Of a stretch of 64,000 nucleotides of DNA, positions 54,736 to 64,000 are shown piece by piece. Origin of the DNA: Neocallimastix sp. 'constans'. Taxonomy: Eukaryota. The DNA is taken from NCBI GenBank assembly GCA_050613775.1, contig JBODTK010000131.1, positions 124,001 through 188,000 of the forward strand. Reading direction: 5' to 3'. Position numbers and translations under genes: made by a program. The first letter of the stretch is position 1. Each line of letters starts with the position of its first letter. The notes beneath the pieces were generated by a model. That model was given only the letters and a program-made list of their open reading frames with translations. It had not been told where the DNA came from and ran no database searches.

Positions 54736-55825
54736 TTAAATATGGGAATTTATAATAATAATTTTTATAAATATTATTCATTTTATATTTATATATTATA
54801 TTTAACTTTAATAGGACTTAAATCAACTTATTTTATCTTATATTATAATATATTATTATGTATTATTTTATATTTATTTTATATTTTTACATATAATATA
54901 TATTTATTATTTAAATATAGATATTATATTCTTATATATACAATTTATATTATATGTTTAAAATGTATTTCATATTATTAAATTTTATAATTTTAAAATG
55001 TAATTTCTTAATAATAATCAATTTCTAATTAATAAATTATTTTATAAAGGGGTTTTTAATTATTTAATAAAAATAATAATAAATTAAATAAAGATAATAA
55101 CAAATATTATTATAATTAAAATTTAGCACATAAAAGTTGTATATCACTATATAATTCACGTGTAATTATTTAAATAACGTGTCATTATAATTCTATGTTT
55201 AAAATAACATATATTTATTGATAAATAATAGAAAAAATTTTTTTATTTTTTTAATAATAAAAATTTTATTTTTTCATTTTTTTTAAATTTAAATAACTTT
55301 TTATACACTTTATTTATATATTATATTACACTTTGGATATATATTATTTTATATTATTAAATTATATTTATATATTTAATAATACTATTTCTTATATACA
55401 TTAATTTTAGTACATATTACTATTTAATAATTAATATATTATATAGTGTATTCTAATATATAATAATTTTATATTATATATAAAATATAATAATAATAAA
55501 ATATAAAAAATAATAATAATAATAAAAATAAATTAAATTTTTAATTTTTTTATTTTAATTATTAAAATTTTATTTTAAAAAAATAAAAAATGGAACTAAA
55601 AAAAAAAAGGAAAAGAAAAAAAATTGGAACTAAAAAATGGTTAAAAAAAATTTTAAATTAGAATAAAAGGATAAGAAAATCTTCTTAGAAAAAAATTTTT
55701 TTTTTCTTTTAAATTCATACAATAAATAAAAATAAAATAAATAAAAATAAAATAAATAATTAAAAAAAATTATAAATAATTTCAATTTTTTAAAAAAAAA
55801 TTAATTGAATAGTAATAAAAAATAA

Positions 55826-57115
55826 ATGTTAAAAATTATGGATTTATTTATTAATAAAAGTAAAGAAGATTTGAAAGAAGAACTTAATAAGGAAATTAGA
55901 AGTGGCAATACTCAAAAAGTAAAAACTATTTTAGATTATGCGACAGAAAATAAAATTATTTTAGAATTAAATGAAAAAAATAATTGTGGATGGTATCCAA
56001 TTTTAAAAGCCACTGAATATAATAATATTAAAATAGTTCAATTATTAATTGATTATGCCACTGAAAATAAAATTATTTTAGAATTAAATGAAAAAAATAT
56101 AGATGGATATTATCCACTTTTTGAAGCCATTAATAATAAAAATATTGAAATGATTCAATTGTTAATTGATTATGCCACTGAAAATAAAATTATTTTGGAA
56201 TTAAATGAAAAAAATAATTATGGATATTATCCACTTTTAGATGCCACTCTTCGTAATAATGTTGAAATAGTTAAATTGTTAATAGATTATGCCACTGAAA
56301 ATAAAATTATTTTGGAATTAAATGAAAAAAATAATTATGGAAATTATCCACTTTTAAGAGCCACTATTTGTAACAATATTGAAATGGTTCATTTATTAAT
56401 AGATTATGCCAATAAAAATAAAATTATTTTGGAATTAAATGAAAAAAATATAGATGGATTTACTCCAATATTTTGGGCAATACAAAATAATAATATTGAA
56501 ATGTTTAATGTGTTGGTGGAATATTCCATAGAAAAAAGAATAAAATTAAGAATTGATGAAAATGATATTGAAAAAATGATTTCCGAAGAATATTACTTTT
56601 GTAAATTAAAAAATATTTCTGAAATTAATTCTAAATTTATAAAATTAATCAATTTTTGTAAAAATATAAATATAATTGAAGTAATATTCAGCAGAAACAG
56701 TTACTTTTTGAAAAGATTTAATGAAATTAATAAGAATGAAAGAATAGAAAATGAAAATAGGGATTATGAAGTATTTGAAATCGAAAATGAAATAACAGAA
56801 ATAGAATTGGAAAAAGAAAAAAAGGAGAAAGAAAAAATAAAAAAAGACTTGGAATTATTGAAAATAGAAAAAAAGAAAAAAGAAGAAAAAAAATTGGAAA
56901 GAAAGAATTATATAATTGAAAAAATTAAGAAGAAAAGAGATAATAATGAGACCTTACTAACCTCTGAATGTAAACTAGGTAATATTGAAGAAGTTAAAAA
57001 ATTAATTCGTACTGGTATGAATATCAATAAGAGAAATAAAGATGGGGATACGCCATTATTAATTGCATGTAAAAATGGAAATATGGAATTGATAAAATAT
57101 TTATTAAGTGATTAA
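55826..57115 (+). CDS. Ankyrin-repeat/coiled-coil protein, paralogue 7 (intact; 4 internal repeats)
   Basis: Uninterrupted 429-aa ORF with the same architecture; alternative ATG at 55838. Confidence 0.92.
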   Translation: MLKIMDLFINKSKEDLKEELNKEIRSGNTQKVKTILDYATENKIILELNEKNNCGWYPILKATEYNNIKIVQLLIDYATENKIILELNEKNIDGYYPLFEAINNKNIEMIQLLIDYATENKIILELNEKNNYGYYPLLDATLRNNVEIVKLLIDYATENKIILELNEKNNYGNYPLLRATICNNIEMVHLLIDYANKNKIILELNEKNIDGFTPIFWAIQNNNIEMFNVLVEYSIEKRIKLRIDENDIEKMISEEYYFCKLKNISEINSKFIKLINFCKNINIIEVIFSRNSYFLKRFNEINKNERIENENRDYEVFEIENEITEIELEKEKKEKEKIKKDLELLKIEKKKKEEKKLERKNYIIEKIKKKRDNNETLLTSECKLGNIEEVKKLIRTGMNINKRNKDGDTPLLIACKNGNMELIKYLLSD

Positions 57116-58066
57116 TTTATAAAATTCTTTTCTCTCCCTTATCTTCATTATTAGTATATATTTTATTAATTATTATTAATTATTACAAGAAAAAACAAAT
57201 TAGAAATTACTATTTTTATTTTTACAACTGAATTTATTAAAAGTTCTTTCATTATAAATAATAATGAAAAAATATTATTTATTATGAAATAAGAAATATG
57301 AATTAGAAATACAAAATAAAAAATATAAATTTAAATTTAAAAAAAAAAATTTTTTTTCTTTTTTATTTATAAGTAATTTTTTTTTTTAATTTTCTTTTTT
57401 AAAATATTTATCTTTATACGTTGTTTTGTAATAATTTTATATTAAAATATTAAATTTTAACTTTACATATATAAATTTAATAATTTTTACTTTCTTTTTC
57501 TTCTACTTAATCATTTCGATAAATATAAATGAATATATTTTTTATTTTTTAAAAAATTTTAAAATTGAAAAGTTGCTTTTTTGATCTATTTTTTATTTTT
57601 AATTTTATCATTGATAAATTTATCTTCAAACCTTCTAATGTAAAGAAAAATTTATATAAACAATACCACCTTATTACTTCGTTAAAGTACTTGTAAAAGT
57701 GACCTTTTATTATTAATATTTACATTATAAATATAAATAATAATTTTTAATATATTTAATGTAAACTACAAATAAAAATAAAATAATTTTATAAAACAAC
57801 AATAATAATTCATAAACATGTATTATTAATTATACTAGTTAATTTTATATAAATTATTTATTAATATTAATATTTCATTATTAAAATTTCCTCTTTCATT
57901 TCTTTTCTTTTGTTTCCTTTTCTTTTTCAAAAATAAATAGAAGTTTAATTGCATTTTTTTTATAATTTTTACAATTAAATATATTTTTAAATTATTTAAA
58001 ATTTCTTAATTAACTTAAATTATTAATAAAATTATAATGATATATTCATATATCACTAGAAAATAA

Positions 58067-58546
58067 TGATATGAAATAGAAATAAAAACTCTAATTAATA
58101 ATAAATTTATGTTAATTAAGAAATGTAATAAAAGCATAAATTTATGTATTAATCTAGTTTATATTGTATTTCTTATTAGAAATTAATTTATATATTTTTA
58201 TTATTTAATTTTAACATTAATGAAAGTAAATTAATATTTATACTTTAATATAGGAAAACTTTATTATAGTAAATAATTATAAAAAGAAAAATATTTAGAA
58301 ATAGTTTTATTTCTTTGTCCAAGAATAAGAAATAGTAGATTAGTGTAATTCTTGAGATCAAAATATGAAAATAAATATTAATTTTAGAAATAAATGTTAG
58401 TTTACATTTTTAATAATGATAAGTAAATGTAATTCTTCTAAATAAATAAAATTTAAATAAAAATATTTTTATAAAACATATAAATTATATCCCCCAAATA
58501 AAGAATAAATCTTAAAAGAACCGAACCTGAACTTCGTACTTTATCA
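58067..58546. mobile_element. Solo LTR (480 bp) with 4-bp TSD ATAA
   Basis: TGATA..TATCA termini with ATAA on both sides. Paralogous spacers (~13300, ~16330, ~51900) show the empty site TATCACTAGAAAATAACTTTTATGC. Confidence 0.88.
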
Positions 58547-59571
58547 ATAACTTTTATGCATTAACTTCATATATAAACAAATTATATTTTATTAATTTAA
58601 TTGGTTTATTTTCTTATCAATCATTATAAATTTTAAATAATGCAAACTCCTGTAGAATTTCAAATTAAAATGTAAAATAATTAAATAAAAGAAAAAAAGT
58701 ATTAATATTAATATGGATGATGTCTATGTTTTATAAGCTATTATTTATAAAAATATTGAAATTATTATTATTATTAATAGAATTTATATCTATGAAAAAT
58801 TAACAAAATTAAATTGGAAAAGAATTGTATTGGAAAATATCTTCATTTTATTATTCTATCTCTTTAAATAAAATTCATTATGAAAGAAAAAGATAAAACA
58901 TTATAAAAAATAAAAAAAAAAAAGAAAGTTATAACTAATGTTATTACATATATATTTATTATTTTTTTATTATTTATTATTTATTATTTATTATTTATTA
59001 TTTATTATTTATTATTTATTATTTATTATTTATTATTTATTATTTATTATTTATTATTTATTATTTATTATTTATTATTTATTATTTATTATTTATTATT
59101 TCTAATAAAAACAGTTAAAAATAATAATTTATTAAATAGGTAAATAATATTTTAATATATATTGTAATATATTATAATATATTCATTTAATTTAAATAAT
59201 TAAAAAACAAATAAAAAAAATTAAAAAAAAATGAAATAAAAAAATAAAAAATTAAAAAAATTTTATAGTTCCATTTTTTTATTTATTTTTTTTTTTTTAA
59301 ATAAAATTTAAATAATTAAAAAAAAAAAAAAAAATTTAAAAAAAATGGAACTAAAAAAATAAAAAATGGAATTAAAAAAATTTTTTAAGTTATTATTATT
59401 ATTAGTATAAAAGGAAAAAAAAAATTTATAAAAAAAAATAATAATAAATAAATAAAAAATATTAATATTAATATTAATAAATTATAGATAATTTTAATTT
59501 TTAAAGGAAATTCATAAAAAAAAATATAAAAAAAATAATAATTGAATAAATAAAAAAAAAATTTAAAAATT

Positions 59572-61053
59572 ATGAATTCATTTATTGATAAAAGTAAAAA
59601 ACGTTTGAAAGGAGAACTTCTTAATGAAATTAGAAGTGGAAATACTCAAAAAGTAAAAAATATTTTAGATTATGCCACAGAAAATAAAATTATTTTAGAA
59701 TTAAATGAAAAAAATAATTATGGAAGTTATTCACTTTTAGATGCCACTGATTATAATAATATTGAAACAATTAAATTGTTAATAGAATATGCCACAGAAA
59801 ATAAAATTATTTTAGAATTAAATGAAAAAAATAATTATGGAAGTTATTCACTTTTAGATGCCACTGATTATAATAATATTGAAACAATTAAATTGTTAAT
59901 AGAATATGCCACAGAAAATAAAATTATTTTAGAATTAAATGAAAAAGATAAAGATGGATATTATCCACTTTTAGAAGCCACTTACTATAATAATATTGAA
60001 ATGGTTCAATTGTTAATCGATTATGCCACTGAAAATAAAATTATTTTAGAATTAAATAAAAAAAATAAATATGGAAATTATCCACTTTTATATGCCACTA
60101 ATAATAATAATATTGAAATAATTAAATTGTTAATAGATTATTCCACAGAGAATAAAATTATTTTTGAATTAACTGAAAAAAATAAAGATGGATGGTATCC
60201 ACTTTTATATGCCACTCACTATAATAAAAATGAAATGGTTCAATTATTAATCGATTACGCCAATAAAAATAAAATTATTTTGAAATTAAATGAAAAAAAG
60301 GATTATGGATATACCCCAATATTTGGGACAATGAAAAATAATAATATTGAAATGTTTAAATTGTTGGTGGAATATTTTATAAAAAAAGAAATAAAATTAA
60401 GAATTGATGAAAATGATATTGAAAAAATGATTTTGATAAAATATTACCTTTGTAAATTAAATAATATTTCAGAAATTAATTCAAAATTTATAGAATTAAT
60501 CTATTTTTATAAAGATAAAAATATAATTGAAGTAATATTCAGTGAAAACAGTTACTTTTTGAAAAGATTTAATGAAATTAATAAGAATAAAGGAATAGAA
60601 AATGAAATAATAATAATAGAATTGGAAGAAGAAAAAAAAGCGAAAGAAAAAAAAAAAGAAAATGAAATAATGAGAATAGAATTGGAAAAAGAAAAAAAGG
60701 AGAAAGAAAAAATAAAAAAAGAAAATGAAATAAAGAAAATAGAATTGGAAGAAGAAAAAAAGGAGAAAGAAAAAATAAAAAAAGACTTGAAATTACTGAG
60801 AATAGAAAAAGAGGGGAAAATAGAAGAAAAAAAGTTGGAAAGAAAGAATTTTATAATAAAAAAAATTAATAATAAAAGAGATAATAATGAGACCTTATTA
60901 ACCTCTGAATGTAAACAAGGTAATATTGAAGAAGTTAAAAAATTAATTCATACTGGTATGAATATCAATAAGAAAAATAAAGATGGAGACACCCCATTAT
61001 TAATTGCATGTAAAAATGGAAATATAGAATTAATAAAATATTTATTAAGTTAA
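59572..61053 (+). CDS. Ankyrin-repeat/coiled-coil protein, paralogue 8 (intact; 5 internal repeats, the first two identical)
   Basis: Uninterrupted 493-aa ORF with an exact 117-bp tandem duplication at ~59672-59905. Confidence 0.92.
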   Translation: MNSFIDKSKKRLKGELLNEIRSGNTQKVKNILDYATENKIILELNEKNNYGSYSLLDATDYNNIETIKLLIEYATENKIILELNEKNNYGSYSLLDATDYNNIETIKLLIEYATENKIILELNEKDKDGYYPLLEATYYNNIEMVQLLIDYATENKIILELNKKNKYGNYPLLYATNNNNIEIIKLLIDYSTENKIIFELTEKNKDGWYPLLYATHYNKNEMVQLLIDYANKNKIILKLNEKKDYGYTPIFGTMKNNNIEMFKLLVEYFIKKEIKLRIDENDIEKMILIKYYLCKLNNISEINSKFIELIYFYKDKNIIEVIFSENSYFLKRFNEINKNKGIENEIIIIELEEEKKAKEKKKENEIMRIELEKEKKEKEKIKKENEIKKIELEEEKKEKEKIKKDLKLLRIEKEGKIEEKKLERKNFIIKKINNKRDNNETLLTSECKQGNIEEVKKLIHTGMNINKKNKDGDTPLLIACKNGNIELIKYLLS

Positions 61054-61639
61054 ATTTATTAATTTATAAAATTTTTTTTCTTCATAATTTTATTTTTTTT
61101 TTATAAAAAAAAAAATTATTAATTATTAATTTTTATTTTTCAATAGAATTTATTAAAAATTCTTCTATTATAAATAATATTGAAAAAATTTTTAAGAAAA
61201 ATAAAAAATTAAATTAATTGGAAAATATCTTTATTTAATAATCCCATCTCTTTAAATAAAGTCTATTATTAAAGAAAAAAAAAATATTGTAAAAAACAAA
61301 AAATATAAATTGTATTTAAAACTATAATTATTATTTATTATTTATTAATTATTATTTATTATTTATAATTTATTATTTATTATTTATTATTTATTAGTTA
61401 ATTATTTAATTACTTATTATTTATTTTTTATTATTTATTAACTATTATTTATTATTAATTTATTTATTTATTATTTATTTCTTAATTTTAAGATATAAAT
61501 AGTTAAAAATAATAATAATTCATTATATTTTTAAATAATATTATAATATAAATTGTAATATATTGATATAAAACAAATATGTGTAGTTAAAATATTTGTA
61601 TATTTAATGTAATTATTAAATATTAAATTTATATCTTTT

Positions 61640-63500
61640 GTATATACAATCTCAAAGATCAAAATGAATGTTTTAATTCTGCTGAAAATGAATTTGGCAA
61701 TTTGAAAGACCTAAAAGTTTATGAAAAAGTAGATAAATATAAAGTTCCTGAATAAGCCAATATTATCAAGTCCAGACTAATATTCAAGTATAAAAGAAAC
61801 TCCATAGGGAACACAGTCAAAAGAAAAACATGGCTTGTGGCAAAAGGATTCACACAGCAACATGAAATAGACTATAAAGATATATTTGCACCCACCTTAA
61901 AACTAGATTTGGTAAAAATATTTATACATATAGCAACACGATATAATTTCCAAATCAAACAAATAGATGTTAACGCTTGCCTATTTAAAAGCTCATCTAA
62001 AGGAAGAAATATACATGGAGCCTCCAAAGGGATATCCTGATCACAAGAAATATATCTGAAAAATAAAAGAAAGCCATATATGGTTTAAGGCAAAGCGGAA
62101 TGGAATGGAACAATGAATTAAATGGACACCTACTAAATATAGGCTTCAGAAGACTGACTTGTGAACTATAGATATTCTTTACAATAGATAAACATAACAT
62201 GATTACATGTCTCATAGCTGTTTATGTGAATGATATACTAATTGCAGGTAACAAAGCAAAGATAGATCAAATCAAAAAGATGATAAAAAATAAATTCGAA
62301 ATAAAAGAAATTGGTGAAATCAATTTCATAATAGGAATAAAATTTGTAAAACATAAAGGAGGTTATTTTTTAAATCAAGAAAGTTACGCCAACGATATAT
62401 TTACCAAATATGGATTGTCAAGTGCTACCCCTATTCGAAACATAACATCAATTGAAAACTTAGAATTAAGAAAGAAGAAAATGAATGAAACTACCTATAG
62501 AAGCACAGTTGGAAGCTTATTATACTTAGGTATCTGTACTAGGCCAGATATTTTATATGCAGTGTCTAAAGCGGCATAAAAATCAAAAGAACCCAACTTG
62601 GAAGAATGGAAAAACTTTAAACGAACACTAAAATATTTAAAAGGAACAATAAAATATTGTATTAACGCATCATGAAATTCCAATATTAAAGCTTTCGTAG
62701 ATGCGGACTATGCTGGGGACATAAAAACAAGAAGATCGACTACAGGATTCGTAATTACAATATGAGATTCACCTACTAGTTGGTACTCAAAACTACAGTA
62801 TTGTGTATCCATTTCCACAGTTGAAGCTTAATAATATAGTCTTAGTGAATGTGGCAAACACTGTATAGCGTACATAAACTTATTAAAGGAATTAAAATCC
62901 AATATTAGTGGTATTGAAGTCAACATAGACAATAAAGCTGCAATCTATAATGCAAAAAACCAATCGATTAATCCAAGAACAAAACATATTGATATAAGAT
63001 TGCACTACGTAAGAGAACTAGTAAAGGATAATAAAATAATATTAAAATACGTAAAATCTCAATACAATTTAGAGGATGGGTTTACAAAATATCTAAATGG
63101 TACTTCCATGGATAAATTTAGAAATTCTTTATTAACACGGCCAAAGGACTTAGAAATTTATTAACTTAAATATTTTATATAAAAAAAAAAATCAATTATA
63201 ACTTTAAAGACTAAAATATAATTGTGGGAGAATGTTAGAGACAAAATTGTTATATACATTTATTTATATTATTAACTTATCTCAACCAATAATTAATCTC
63301 TAAGTAAATTAAATAATGTTAACTAAGATATAAAATATGCAATAAATTTAATGTAAAATTATCTATTTGAAAATATATCTTTACAATAAAATAATCTTAA
63401 TAAACATTTTATAATATTACTTATAACATGAAGTATTTTGTTATATTGTTTTTCGTAATTTATTGTTTTTCTTAGTTTTATAAGATTTATTTTTCTCACA
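61640..63500 (+). mobile_element. Ty1/copia element E, 5'-truncated (RT-RNase H, PPT, 3' LTR from 63233; end at 63500 or 63536)
   Basis: AKGFTQQHEIDY, QIDVNA, IAVYVNDILIAG, FVDADYAGD, SWYSKLQYCVSIST and HIDIRLHYVRE. GGGAGAA precedes TGTTAGAG. Its RNase H resembles that of element A. Confidence 0.9.
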
Positions 63501-63624
63501 TAAAATAAATTAAAAATAAATTAAAATGTATTAACATAGATTTATGTTATGCAAAACGTGGAAAATTATAATATATAAATAAATGAATAAAATAGATAAA
63601 TAAATGGGTAGTTCATAATTATTA

Positions 63625-64000
63625 ATTGTTTAATTTTATTATTTATTATTTAATAATTTGTTATTCAATTATTTATTTATTTAATATTTATTATTATTTA
63701 ATATTTATTATTACTTATTACTTATTATTTGTTTATTATTTATTCATTTATTTATTATTTATTATTTATTCATTTATTTATTATTTATTCATTTATTTAT
63801 TATTAATTATTTTTTATTTATTATTTATTTAGTATTCATTTATTTATTATTAATTATTTTTTATTTATTATTTATTTAGTATTCAATTATTTATTATTCA
63901 ATTATATATTATTTATTATTCAATTATATATTATTTATTATTCAATTATTTATTATTTATTTATTAATTATTTATTATTCAATTATTTATTATTTATTTA
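63625..64000. repeat. Low-complexity TTAT/TTATTTA simple repeats
   Basis: Direct reading; similar tracts at 58965-59100 and 43970-44053. Confidence 0.85.

Noticed and set aside
10750..60330. Diversity-generating retroelement explaining ankyrin hypervariability
   Set aside because: Variable codons (e.g. GAT, GAG, TTC, ATG, TGG, AGT at one site) are not limited to adenine positions of one template. No template repeat is visible, and nearby RTs are ordinary defective copia/gypsy enzymes.
10643..61053. Canonical fungal NLR genes
   Set aside because: No Walker A/P-loop, NACHT or NB-ARC segment is visible in or next to any paralogue.
18748..62683. Short antisense ORFs over copia pol/gag (e.g. 18748, 28232, 31292, 35710, 45869, 47791, 48256, 53327, 62495)
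   Set aside because: They are shadow frames opposite recognisable retrotransposon coding sequence.

Overview
This is extremely AT-rich eukaryotic DNA, most plausibly from an anaerobic gut fungus (Neocallimastigomycota). That assignment is an inference from base composition, microsatellites and ankyrin style, not a database result. The core of the window is a same-strand tandem array of eight paralogous, apparently intronless ankyrin-repeat genes. Three are intact, three carry only 1-2 single-base indels, and two are clear pseudogenes. Each has an N-cap, 1-5 internal 39-aa ankyrin repeats, a terminal repeat plus cap domain, a coiled coil varying in 21-aa steps, and a C-terminal ankyrin module. 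The repeat framework is nearly invariant, while the beta-hairpin and helix-1 positions (those randomised in DARPins) are hypervariable and rich in Tyr/Trp. This suggests a natural diversified binder or receptor repertoire. The array is interleaved with five degenerate Ty1/copia elements (plus a duplicated 3' end of one), a non-autonomous LTR element, a solo LTR, degraded Ty3/gypsy remnants, small TSD-flanked insertions and microsatellites. Four LTR elements share a primer-binding site complementary to the anticodon arm of tRNA-Lys(CUU), which suggests half-tRNA priming. No rRNA, tRNA or CRISPR was found.
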